Origin: Geosiphon pyriformis uo1
Lineage: Eukaryota > Fungi > Glomeromycota
NCBI GenBank assembly: GCA_016748015.1
Contig: JAAOMT010000566.1
Location: 248,001 to 312,000, forward strand
DNA: 64,000 nt
Direction of reading: 5' to 3'
The notes under the pieces were generated by a model. It worked only from the letters and a program-made list of their open reading frames with translations, did not search any database and was not told the DNA's origin. Shown here one piece after another: positions 13,480 to 26,891 of the stretch. Position 1 is the stretch's first letter. The number at the start of each line of letters is the position of its first letter. Made by a program: the position numbers and the translations under genes.

Positions 13480-15445
13480 TAATTAATGACTAGTATTAAA
13501 ATTTTGAAATGTGGTATCTTTTTTATTTTTTTAAATTGATTTGTTTTTATTATAAATATGTAATTAATTTAAAAATTTTGAATTAACTAATTTTAATTGA
13601 CCAAGATTTACTTTTAATGGTAAAAAAGTATAATATTTTTAAGAAAAAAAGAATTAATAATATTTTTTTAAAGTATTTATATTTATTTGAAATATTTTTT
13701 AACATAAATTATATATATATATATATGTAATAATTATTATTTAATAAAATTACATTAGATGTTAAAGAAAAAAATAGCTGTATAAATTTGTATTAATAAG
13801 AATTTTCCAAGTTATTTAAGATCTTTTAAATAAATTTATATAAAAATATCCTTTTTAATGTTTTAAAATGGGAATAATCTTTTTTTCTTTTTATGAAAAT
13901 TTCCCTTTTTTTATATATTAATTTAATTTTAAAATAAAATAAGATTATTTTTCCTTTTTTTTTAATTTCCTTTTAAGTATCCAATAACGATAAATAAATT
14001 TATCAAGTTTGTGGCTGTCATTGAAATCAACTCTTAAAAAAAGGTAATTTATACTTTTATTATTAAAATGATTGTTTAAGTTTTTAAAATTTCACTGTAA
14101 GAAAGGTTAGATTAATTCATAATAAATGTAAAATATGCACATAATTATATTTTACCTATTTTAAAAATATACTTTCCCTAGCAAAGTGTTAGCGATTTAA
14201 ATGAAATATATTAGTTTAATTAATCAAAACTCATTCTAAGTAGGATCTTTATGTGCTTAGTGGATTATACCATTAGATCATCATCATAGGAAACCGAAAG
14301 AGTAGTTTATTGCAAAAAACAAAAAGGTGGTTATAAACAAATAATTATTACACTCAAAAACTAAAAAAATTTCCGAATTTTCTCGATAAATATCTTAAAC
14401 CTTTTCAAGTAAATCTAAGATGTTATATGGTATTATCAGTTATGACATAGTCTTCATATGATGATATTTTAATAGGTTTACCAGGATAGAATGGTTACAT
14501 CTTAACAAAATTTCATCATAATTGATAAACATGAAAAATATGGAGTTAACGCCAGACCTATTAATATTTCATCATATGAAGACTATGTCATAATTGATAA
14601 TACCATATAACATCTTACTCTTTCGGTTTCCTATGATGATGATCTATGGTTTGTTAAGCTAATGGCGTAATCTACTAACGAGATAAAGTTTTATCACGAT
14701 CCTACTTAAGAGTTTTTGATTTAATTAAACTAATATACTTCATTTGTAAATACTCAAGTCGCTAGCACTTTTGCTATGGAAATAATTAGTATATTTTTAA
14801 ATTAGACAAAAATATTATTACATGCATATTTTACAATTTACTAACCTTTCTTACAGTGAAAATTTTAAAAACTTAAACAATCTTTTTAATAATAAAAGTA
14901 TAAATTACCTTTTTTTAAGAGTTGATTTCAATGACAGCCACAAACTTGATAAATTTATTTATCGTTATTGGATACTTAAAAGGAAATTAAAAAAAAAGGA
15001 AAAATAATCTTATTTTATTTTAAAATTAAATTAATATATAAAAAAAGGGAAATTTTCATAAAAAGAAAAAAAGATTATTCCCATTTTAAAACATTAAAAA
15101 GGATATTTTTATATAAATTTATTTAAAAGATCTTAAAATACAAAGATTTGATTAAAATAACTTGGAAAATTCTTACTAATACAAATTTATACAGCTATTT
15201 TTTTCTTTAATATCTAATGTAATTTTATTAAATAATAATAAATACATATAATTAAAATATATAAAGTATATTTTTAAGATTGATTCCCTTTAATTTATTC
15301 TATTTTTCTCGAACTATTATAATTTCTTTAACATTTAAAAAATAAACTTTTTCTAAACTAACTGTGTTTATAATAAAATAAATCAATTTACAAAAAAGGT
15401 GAAAAATAATACAAATTTCAAAAAATATTAGTTATTATTATTTAT
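13480..15445. repeat. Long imperfect inverted repeat (hairpin of about 2 kb)
   Basis: ~13480-14304 is the reverse complement of ~14616-15445, essentially perfect over ~13816-14068 vs ~14884-15135. An inner stem 14416-14479 pairs with 14554-14617. Confidence 0.93.
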
Positions 15446-15912
15446 TATCATTATTTCCATTTAAATGAATGGGTGACTTCATTAATAGTAAATTTGGGAT
15501 TTCTGACCGTTTTGCAGCCTTATTTAACATTGAAACCTCCATTAGTCGTACGAAATAATGGCCATTGGAATGATATATCGATTATCATTAAAGCCTCCGT
15601 TAATAGTACCCTAGTAGTTCTGGTAGTTTTGCTGATTATCGATGGCTCTCTTAGTGTCGAAACCTTCATTTATTGTACCAGAGGAATATGTGATAGTTCG
15701 TGACTGTTTTCGGAAAAATCATGTAAATGATCTCTCTTACTTTGAAACCTCTTTCATGGAGAATGAGCAAATATTCTCTTTCATATTTATACTAAAATCT
15801 TTTTCATTCTCATTCTGAGAATCTCATTGTGGGCTATAAATATCGCTTAAACATGACCTTTCCTGAAAAGTCAGATGATCCAAAAGAATCATGAGAGTGA
15901 ATAAGTCATTCT

Positions 15913-15946
15913 CCCCCACCCCACCCCACCCCACCCCAGCCCCCCC
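15913..15946 (-). repeat. (GGGGT)n G-rich run, potential G-quadruplex
   Basis: Plus strand reads cccccaccccaccccaccccaccccagccccccc. Confidence 0.6.
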
Positions 15947-17061
15947 AATGTTAACTTTCATCCCCTTCATGTATTTATGTCGTTTGTTTCTCAACATTTT
16001 TTCTTGGTCTTATTAATGATAGAAATTTAATGCTATATTGAGCTCATTCGTCTGAAGTCTGAGGTTTTGTGAGTTCACGAATTCATTCCGCACAGATCTC
16101 AATCTCAAACACCCTCTATCTTCTAATGATTTGAATCTGAGAAAACTGGTCAACTTTATGAGCAGGTCAAAAAACTATATTTTGCTATTTTAGCTCTAAT
16201 TCAAACGCTGTCGCTCTCTATCCTCAATGAAAGAAAAAGAACTATAAAGTTCAGGTTGGCTGGAAAATTCGCAAAAAAACCTTGGCCACTATAATTACAC
16301 CGTAAAAAGTATTCGACCTCCATTTGAAAGTTTAAAATATATTCTGATCACTCGATTTTTCATACTATGGACAAGATTTGCAGCAAGCTCATCAAGCAAA
16401 GCGATTCCATTCTTTTGCTAATTGTACTTTTAATCCTGTAAGCTATATTAAATTTTTATCGGATTTTGATCAGGTGACATTGATGGCCATGAATTAGCAT
16501 TAAAGTCATTTTCCCCTAGGATTGTTGCCAAAAAGCGTATTAACAGATGGGAAGAAGACTTTGTAATCATAAAATCAGCATTGAGATTGTGTTGGAAGCT
16601 AATCTTGAAGCTGAAAAACAATCCAATAAATTGACTTTAATTGGGTGCTTCATATACCATAATAATTTTCTTTTTGTTCAGGAAACTGCCAACTTTTAAT
16701 GCGCTTTTTTCATCTGAAAATATAACTTGATTCTTTGCTCATTGTAAACGTTTTTTTTGTATTTGTCTGTGAGTAAAGGTTTGGAAAGTTTAACCATATT
16801 TAACTATACATTTACCCTTAAACCTCATTGATTGTTAACCTTTCGTTTTTTCATTTCCCCGTTGTATATTAGTGACGGTTAGATTAATTTCTTTTTCTGG
16901 AAGTTGTAATTCGATTTATGTCATTGTTTGTCTTCGGGAAAATCTTGGGATGAGTGATCATTTCAAGATTATCTCATTTGATGACCTAAAAAAGATTTGA
17001 TCAACTTTTTTATGAACCTGTTCTTAGCACATAGAAAAAAACTTTTTGGTTTTCGTTTATA

Positions 17062-18896
17062 ATGTCGCAAAAGTATAACAAAGATCTTGACGTTGTAATC
17101 TTTGGGGCTACAGGTAATACTTCTGTTTGATAATATTTAGACCTCAAATCAGGAATCAAGCATATGAAGTCAAAATTAAACAACTAGCATTAACATGAAC
17201 TAAGCTAATTACCTTGTTACTTTACCTTTTTTACCCAAAAAGGTTTCACTGGAAAATTAGTAGTTGAAGAATTCTGTCGAGCTGCTCATCTTCAATTTGA
17301 CGATAATGCTCGCCCAAAGTTCACATGGGCTATAGCCGGTCGTTTGGAAAGTAAACTAAACGAAATAGCAAACATTATCAACCTTACGACCAATGCTAAT
17401 TCAATTCGACAACCAGAAATCATTGTTGCCGATGTAACAAATCCAGCATCATTAGCCTACATGGTGAAGCGTACCAAAGTTTTGATTGCGTGTGTTGGGC
17501 CTTTTAACGCTTATGGTGAACCTGTCGTCAAAGCTTGTGTGGAACATGGAACAGATTATGTTGATATTACAGGTGGGTTATATTCGAGGCTGTTAAGATG
17601 ATAGATTTCAAATAAAGAAAACCATGTGTAACTTTATTTTTGGAAATTTTCATCGATTCAGGTGAGACCCAGTTCATTGAACGAATACAGCTAACTTATC
17701 ATGAAACTGCTAAAGCAAATAATGTCACTATTGTTCCTGCTTGTGGATTTGATAGTGTATTTATTTTCGGATATCTTGCTAACGCTAAATTGATTTCATA
17801 AAAGTTTCTATTAAAATTTTTTCCTTTCAACTTACTTAGGTCCCATCCGATATTGGCTTCTTATATACTAAACGGCAATTAGAGTCTCGTGGCGTTCTTC
17901 CTTGTTCCATTGAATTCTTTTTTAAATTACTCGTTGGTCCAGCAGGCCACACTTTGAATTTTGGAACTTATGAATCACTAAGTATATATTTTCTATTAGA
18001 TCTTTTTCTATTGTAATTTAAATAAAGATAGGACTAACCAATGGATATAACAGTAAACGCCCTCGCAGACTTGGACAGTATTCGACGATTACGAGCATCT
18101 GCAAATCGACCGACGGTACCAAAAGTTGGTCCTATTTTGAAAAGAATTACGAGTGGAACGTGGGAAAAACGTGTCAACGGTTACGTAATACCTTTTCTTT
18201 TTGCGGATCCTTCAGTGATCCGACTAAGCCAGGAGCTTGATATTGAGCATCATACGAATACACCACCCGTGCAATTTGCCGGATATGTTGTAATCTCAAA
18301 ACTGGTATACTTATTTGAAATGATGATTGGATTCAAAATATTCAGTTTTCTTGTAAAATATTCCTGGGGTCGCCGATTGCTTCTTAAATTCCCCAAAATA
18401 TTTTCATTTGGTAAGCTATTGCTGAAATTTATTATTGAATTTGATCCAAAGGAAACTATTCATTCTTCTCATATCAACAGGATTATTCTCGCATGACGGA
18501 CCATCACTTGAACAAATTCGACAAACAAGCTTTGTTACAACATTTTACGCTCATGGCTTTTCCAAAGAACGAATCAATAATTTCACGGAAGAATCTACAG
18601 AGACCACTCCACTAATTCAAAATGGAACCAAATTTTCACCGGCTTTGATGACTAAACTTAGCAAAGAAAAACCAGATGTTGAGATTATAACCCAGGTATC
18701 AGCACCTGAGCCTGGATATGCCGCTACTCCCATAATTGTTGTGCAATGTGCGTTCACATTGTTATTAGAGAAAGCCAAGATCCCACCGGGGGTACTGACT
18801 ACCAGTGTCGCGTTTGGAAAAACTAATCTATTAGAAAAATTGAATGAAAACGGAATTATATTTAGTACACTTGAGGTTCGTGATAATCATGAATGA
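17062..18896 (+). CDS. Saccharopine dehydrogenase-like oxidoreductase (SCCPDH family), 6 exons
   Basis: Rossmann motif VIFGATG|FTG, WAIAGR, CVGPFNAYGEPVVKACVEHGTDYVDITG|ET, ACGFDS|VPSDIG, PEPGYAATP, GVLT. Confidence 0.92.
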
Positions 18897-21800
18897 TTGC
18901 GATTAAGGGAGTACAATAAATGAAATTTTATTCTTCTTAGCTTCTATCAATTAGATATCACAGCTTTAAAACTAAATTATGATTGTTTTTTTTTTTAAAT
19001 TTGATTAATTTTATGAACACCATTTTTAGCATATTTCTATATTAGGGTTTTGAATTTTCTAATTTTTTAATTGTTTTATTTTGACCAATTATAATATATT
19101 ATATAAAAAGAATCGAAATCCATGAACTAAAATAAAATAAAATTTGGAACCAACATTTCCTTAATTAAAAAATTAAAAAAAAACTTTGGTTTATAAAATA
19201 ATGAAATTTTGTATTTAATTAATTTTTTGCAATTTGTTTTTTTAAATAAGTTGTTTGTAAAAAAATTAAAATAAATCTAAATTTTTGCAAATAAATTAAT
19301 TTTAAATATTTTATAATATTAAAATAATCTAACATAACATAACATAACATAAATATAATATATAAAAATAAATTTATATAATATAATATAAAAAATCAAA
19401 ATCAAAATGTAAAAAAAATATTAATTAAAATTTAATTCTAGGAATTTATTTTTTTTCGAAAAATAAAAGTCAGAGACTTTAATATATATTAATTAATTAA
19501 ATCGTATTAAATTGTGTAATAAGAAATTGGGTCATCTTATTTATTTGAACAAAGTATTGTGACAAAAGAATCGAAGGATACTCATAAGGTTTATGATTGC
19601 TAAACGTAAGAAAAATATGATAAAATTAATATTGGAAAAACCGTTTGAAAAAAAGGGATCAAACACAAATTACTTTTGAATATACATAATGAAGTCTATC
19701 ATACTTGGGAATTTGTGTAAAGGAGATTCTTTCAATCCACCAATTAAATATCTTATATGTAATGACGCCAATGTGCCCGGCTATGATAAAAATATTAAAA
19801 AAATTAATTTCAATCAAAAATTTTTATTAAAATAAGACTAAATTAAACGTGATTAAATGTCGAATTATTTTTATAAATACTTTTCTTGCATGAATCCCTT
19901 GCATTTAATGTTCCAGATTTAAAGAAACGTGTAATTTTCTTGGAATCTCCTGCATGAGAAATTTTTAAACGCCATAATGTTGTGAAACATTGGGACGCGA
20001 GGTTTATGATAATTTTCAATAAGAAATAAAAAGGTTACAAATTTCAAAATTACCCTTAATATGAGCTTTTTTGGATATATGCCAAGAATAGTTGAACGTT
20101 TCTGGGATAATATAATTTTGAAAATGCCATATTGATAGTTAACTAAAAACTTTTCCAATTAATTCAAATATCCAGTCGTACAAGATCTGGTTTTTACCCA
20201 AAAAATCGAAAATCTATTGATTTAAAAATTTCAAATGAATCAAAAAAGTAAATCTTGAAACTACATTTTTTTTTTCCAATTAAGTATCTTATTAAAGAAC
20301 TAAATGAGTTTGACCTTTGAAAGAAGTTACTTTTAAATTTTCTTTCAATTACATGAAATAATGGAAAAGAATAATTCTCAAAAAATTCATTTGAAATTGA
20401 AGTTACAAAATAACTCTAGCGTGAAACATTTGTGTTTAACTTAGTATTGGCTTTGAGGGGGCAAAACCTACCTCTGAGACTAGAAAAAGTTAGCGTTAGA
20501 ATTGGATTCATGAAGATGAATGAAAGGGTGTAGAAGTATAAGGAAAAAACTAAAGATAGAAGTGAAACAAAAATTTTTGAAAAAGATTCCAAAGAGAAAA
20601 GATTTTTAATTATACAGAATCAGCGTATGCAGCGCTCGACAAAGCACATGAGAACTAAAAAAAGTTTGGACTCGAAATTTTTGTTACAATTTTTCAAAAA
20701 AAGAATTCTGGTATCTGATGCAGAATGACGGGTAATCTAAAAATGATATGGTAAATTCGAAATTTTAGCAATGATATTTGCTATATATGATTTAAGGTTT
20801 TGCGTCTCTTGATATTTTTTTTTGGTCCATATCAATCGATTTAGAATGGAAATAATAAACATGGAAAATACTCAAAAAATGCAACATTTAAACACCCCAT
20901 CGAAATCGAAATCAGATAACGGAAGGAAAAATGGAAGGGACAATGGAAGAGTATAAAATTAATTTTTAACAATTTTATTGGAATGAAAAATTCCATTAAA
21001 ATGTATTAAATTGTAAATATTTTTAATAGTATAACGTGAAACCCTTTAAAAAACTTCTTGAATTTTTGTATCATCTTTTAAATAAATAAAAATGAAGAAA
21101 TGGAAAAAAGCATTTACATTTTAATATAACAGGATAAAAGAATTGGTTTATTTTTTTATGAATTTGGTAAAGTTTAACAGCCCAATCTTTTCTTCAGCTC
21201 GATACATGTATATAAAAAAAAAAATATGAATTAAATGAATGAAAGCATTATTAGAATTTTAATTCATTTCACCCAAAGATTTTTAACTAAATAAAATAAC
21301 ATAATATAATGTCAAAGGAAGGATTTTTTATTGGACTATTTTGTATGGATAATAGATTTGCCAAAAGCATTATTATTTATTAGTTAATATAACAACTTAA
21401 ATTATCAAAAATACACACATCGTAATTATTTTATTTTATTATATTGGTCAAAGATAGCTCAGGAGTAATTTTTTATTTTTTTATTTTTTTAGAATCTATG
21501 CAATTCTTTTTAAAGCTAGAATTAATCCTTATTAAAATTATCAAGACCCTCTTCTTTGACAAAAAAAAATTAACTTTGAAAAAAAGTTGGGTAATACATA
21601 GTTCCAAGACCATAATGATATTTCTTTGTTTTTTAAAATGTTCAATTTTAATTAAACTGTATTCTTGAATCTTTATTTGGAGTTTACTATTGAATACATC
21701 CCAAAAATATTATTATTAGATCCAATAGTTGTCTTTGAATTTTCTGATCAGTATCTTCTATTTGGTAATTTCAATCAACTAACAAATTTCTGGCATGTAA

Positions 21801-21998
21801 AATCTCTTTATTAATAATAAATAATTTTTTTTTAAAATTTAATAATCTATTTTAATAGAAAATAATATTGATTGATATTTGATAATTGATATTTTATCAT
21901 GATTGGTGAAAAAATATCAAAATTTTAGTATAACATTCACGTAAAAATACAAAAAATTTACAGAAAATTTTTTTTTTCAAGAATTATAATATTCATTA

Positions 21999-24078
21999 CT
22001 ATAATTTCCTAATCCATCCTTCAGGTAACCACAAAATTCCAATTTGTAAAATTATCGTTAAAATCGTTCCAAATCCCACAATCCATTTCCACAAAAGTTT
22101 CCGTTGCAAGTCTTCGATTATTGGATCCATGACCTTACCCGCTAAATTTTTAGCCTCTCTCATGCGGGCACTTAGGAGTTCTGTGAGAAGGGGAGTTTCA
22201 TAATTTGTGGATACTAAATCATTTTCAATTACAGTAATCTCATATTGTTTCAGGACTCGTTCATTTCGTTGGTATCTATTTTTTTTTAATAAAAAGTAAT
22301 TTGGTGGTTAATATAAAATATTTTTTTGAATTTTCAATTAAAATCAGGAATAAAAACAAAAACAATGGTAACTTTTTACTAACCTCTGAACACAGAATTT
22401 ATTCTTGTAAGCAATCAGATTCGTAATTGTAAGAAATAATAATGGGAAGCAAAAGAATCTCCACCATTTAACACCACCAAAAACTTCAATAATCACTACG
22501 GTCGCTATGCAAAGAACTCCGAATAACGCGGCTTTTCTAGCCATTTCCCATTTCGCATGATCATCAACATTTTGTACCGCTTCTTTCAGGAATCCTTTTA
22601 ATGAACTAGTCTTCATAATATTATATACATGTTGAACAACTGGTTCAAAAATACTCCAATGTGTTGTTTGAGTGGCGTAAGCTATTACCGATTTCCTCAT
22701 TGTTGATGGGATATTTATTTCTTTTTCAGCATCGGCGATCAAGTATTTCTTTATAATTGTGGCAATTTCATGACGAAATGGTTGGATTGAGGTATGCGGT
22801 GTTACGAGGTTAAACTTCATCGGGGCGGGATTGATTTTTGTACTTTTAAGTAGAAAACGGGATTGGTTCGGGACATAGATTGAGACCGAAATATTTTGTG
22901 GATGAGTTGGAATCGGATTTAATGCTAGATCTTTTGAACCGAATTCTGAGAGTAAAGGGGAACTTGGTTTGGTGATTGAGAGCAGGGTTCTTCTCGCGGC
23001 ATCTTGACTTGGCATCATTATTTCCGAGGAAGTAATAGTAATTTCATCATCATCATTATAATCATTATCATCAACAGAAATTGATACCGAACTTTGTTTC
23101 TTCATTAATCGTGAGGCTGGTGGGGGTGGTGGTATTTTCAATTTTATCGAGTCTCTTGAAGATATTTGCTGGATCGATTGTGGGTAAGAATCTTTTCGGT
23201 GATATGACGATGAAGCAGAAGATAAAATGATGTCTGAAAATGATGAGGTATTTTTTATTCCTTTTTTATTTATTGCGGGGATGGTAGTGTTTCCCGAGGT
23301 TTCTACTCCAATCAAAGGTAAAGAAGAATCATAAGAGTCAATTGAATCTCTTTTCGAATTTTCTTTATTCACGTCTTCAAATTCTATTTTGAATGGTGAG
23401 ACTTGACCACATTCAGAATAAGCACTTGCTGTACTATATGCTGAGATTGGGCGACTGTTTGGGGATGATATTGTACAAGATTCTGATGTTGATAAATAAA
23501 TTATTGGTGGGTTGGGGTTATTATTAAAATTACTATGATTATGATTGATATTTGAGGAGGGTAATGACCATGTTGAATTCTTGTTCGAATCGATGGCAAC
23601 AATATTATGAAAGCTTGGGTTAATGTCATGATGATTATTCTTGATAGTAACTGGAAAACTCTGTGTTAATTGTCCCGAATATAATGGTAGGCTTTCCCCG
23701 GTCAAATTTGAGCATTGACTGAGACTTGTGGCTGTTGGTGAAATTTCTTGCTGATCTTTTGGGAGTTTTTGAAATTTTAGCTTGTAGCCTTGAAACCATT
23801 GATAAAATTCTTTGAAGATTTGAATGTTGAAAGGAGAAAAAAAAATTAATTGAATTTTCTAGTTTCTCAAAAAAAAAAAAAAAATCTGTAAATATTTCAC
23901 AAGAAATCTTACCCAAGTTCTCGATCGAGTATTCTTTGTATTGACAATACGCGTGAAATTGTTTTAACGAGACGGGCTCACAAGTTTTCCCTTTTAGTAA
24001 TGCATCAAGATTAAATTTATCCTCTGAACTCCTTTGATCATTTCTTTTTTCTGAACTTTCTTTTAGAATTCGTGGCAT
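21999..24078 (-). CDS. RGS-domain protein with C-terminal transmembrane helices (Rax1/RgsD-like), 3 exons
   Basis: SLKQFHAYCQYKEYSIENLEFYQWF (RGS N-part), a long S/P-rich insert, QPFRHEIATIIKKYLIADAEKEINIP..IFEP (RGS C-part), then three hydrophobic segments; last exon 22275-21999 in frame. Confidence 0.82.
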
Positions 24079-24947
24079 TTATGGGATATGGGGGGAGGGG
24101 GGAGGGGGGAAAATTATCTAATAAAAATTAATAGTAGTCTATTCTATTTGGAAAATGTATTTAAAAGAAAACGTTAAAAATTGAAAAATATTTATAGTCA
24201 AAAGCTGAAAAGTATTTAAAATATATTTTAAAAATTAATAAGAATTATTTACAAAAAAGAGAAAGTTTTTGTTTCAAAAGAAAAAAATTGACTCTTTGAA
24301 GTTTGAAAGAAAGACAAAAGAAAAGGAAGCAAAAAATGAAATTGCAATATTATTCAAAATTCATGGCTGATTTAGTTTATATATAGATTCATGTTCGTAC
24401 GTACATACGTATGTATGTATATATGTATGTGTGTATCTAGGAAATTTCTAAATTCAATGACTAATTTGGAAATTCTTTATTAGAAAAAGAGTTTCAGGGA
24501 TTTTTAATTCTTCAAAGTAGTATATAGTGATAATTTATTTTTATAGATGGAGGGACTTTTTTCCTAATATCGTCTTTTTTTTTTAGGGTACCGTGCGTAA
24601 ATTTGTGTTTATGCAGTGTAATGTAATAGTTTAATTCGAGTTAGCTTTTGTTCAAATGGTTCGATTTTTGGGGGAATGATGATGAACGGAATCTTTAGAT
24701 AAAATTCAATCCGCGATTCGATTGAAAAGGTTTACACAAAAAGTTTTTTTTTGGTTGAACATGTTTCTATAGAAAATACTTTTTTAAAATATTTATTTGA
24801 AGTGATTAAAAAAAAATATATTGTCAATTTTTAAATGAATATAATTTCATGACAATTGTTTAACTAATCAATTATAGCTTAGTAAATGATTGGGAAAAGA
24901 TTGAAACTTACGGGGTTAAATGTATGCATGAACGGATATCTATTAAA

Positions 24948-24956
<9 letters not shown>

Positions 24957-24985
<29 letters not shown>
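24957..24985 (+). repeat. (TA)n microsatellite
   Basis: Directly visible. Confidence 0.9.
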
Positions 24986-24987
<2 letters not shown>

Positions 24988-25323
24988 TTCTGAACAACTT
25001 TATACATTTAATCTTCAACTCACGTTAATCGGATCATCAATAAAAGTAATGAAGAATGTGCATATGGTTTTGAACTTTAATGCATAGGGAAAATAGGAAT
25101 GATAAACATTAACTCATCGGAAGTTTTATAATTTCACTAAAATTTATGCCAATTGTTCTATATGTTAAAAAGGTTAATTATATATAATAATTTCATATAT
25201 TATTATGTAAAACGAAAATATTCTATGTGAAATAAAAAATAAATTTGAAAAGAAAAATAAAACTATTTCAAGTAAACCCATTTTTCAAAGTTTTAGGAAA
25301 GAAAAAACTAAACTATCAAACAA

Positions 25324-25368
<45 letters not shown>

Positions 25369-26055
25369 GAACAATAAATTTGATTTCTCTGAATAGTTTC
25401 AAAATTAAAAGAAAATAAATTTAAATTGTATTTGGGAAAAAGGGAGAAGTAGGGTTGATATTAGTAAATTCAAAGAAGTTAAAAAAAAAATTTAAATAAT
25501 TTACAGATGCGTCATGTTTGACCACTTGTTATCTCCAAATAAAATTATAAATTTTCAAGTGAAACCGAGTTCCAGTGTTTTTTTTTTGTTTTTTGAGTAC
25601 CAATCAGATTTCTTTTATTTTTTGACATACAATTAAACATCATAATGTAACCCCGTGTATGGGTTATAATATTTTTACTAAGCTTTGTAGTATCTAAAAA
25701 AACAAATCTAACACATTTAACGAATAAAATGTGACACAAAAACGATTTCTACTCGATTAAGGAACATGAGTTATCAAGAATACCTGGGGAGTACCAAAGA
25801 AATGTCGTGTAATTTCCACCATATTTTATAAAACTGGAAGAATTTTAATTATTATTATTATTATTATTATTATTTTAATTTTTTTTGAAAGGATTTCATC
25901 GGGAACTCCAAGTTTCTTTTTGATTAATTTGGGAAAGTTTAATGTATTATTATTATTATTCTTATTAGTTAAACCATGTACAAAAATTAAATAATAATAT
26001 TTACACATGTGTTCACAAACTATCTGATTACAAACACCAATATAGTAAGTATGAT

Positions 26056-26057
<2 letters not shown>

Positions 26058-26136
<79 letters not shown>

Positions 26137-26170
26137 GTACTAATAATAATAATAATAATAATAATAGTAC

Positions 26171-26205
<35 letters not shown>

Positions 26206-26233
26206 GTACTAATAATAATAATAATAATAATAG
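26058..26233 (+). repeat. (AAT)n microsatellite with three AGTACT interruptions
   Basis: Directly visible. Confidence 0.93.
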
Positions 26234-26416
26234 TAAACGCCTATCTACATTAGAAATTTCAATACTTTTTCACTTGTTTATATATGTAGCTATAAACAAT
26301 TTGTAACATATTTAGAAAGAAATCAATGTATCAGCTGGACCTTTAAGGGAAATTCAATACACTATAAATTCGAATTTATCCCATTTGGGTTTTTTTTAAA
26401 AAAATAATTGAAAGCA

Positions 26417-26891
26417 ATGAATTACCTTGACCAAAAATTTTTCAAATTGACATATCGTTTCTTGTCATTATTAATTTTACTTCTCATCATATTTTCTTTA
26501 TTGGTTTCATCATCTTTCAAAGAAAATGAAAATAAATGTTTGACCAAAACAAAATGTACCACAAACACGTGTGGCAAAGATGAAAAATGCAGTCTGATTT
26601 TGCCAGATGTGTATAAAGATTGTGGAAGTGTTCAGTGTAGAAAGAAGCGTAAGTTCTTTTAGAAAAGTCATTTTCAAAACTTTTTTGACGTCTAAATTAT
26701 TTTATTATTGTTTATTACTAAAAAAAAAAAAAAATACAGAACTGGAACCATATGATGATAAATGTGTGGTTTGCATACAAAGATTCCCTGAATGCCCTAT
26801 TTGTGCCAAAAATCAACAGTGTATTCGAACTCTTGATACCTGTAAATCTTGTGCGTCAGCCACCTGTAAAAAAATCAAATCTGCCAAATAG
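26417..26891 (+). CDS. Small Cys-rich predicted secreted protein with an Opy2-like cysteine module; exons 26417-26648 and 26740-26891
   Basis: Hydrophobic N-terminus FLSLLILLLIIFSLLVSS; a GTAAGT..TACAG intron joins RKKQ|LEPY; C-terminal CVVCx6CPICx5Cx6CKSCx4C. Confidence 0.8.

Noticed and set aside
26058-26233. CRISPR-like periodicity of AGTACT units
   Set aside because: The spacers are pure AAT; this is slippage of an interrupted microsatellite in a eukaryote with no cas genes here.
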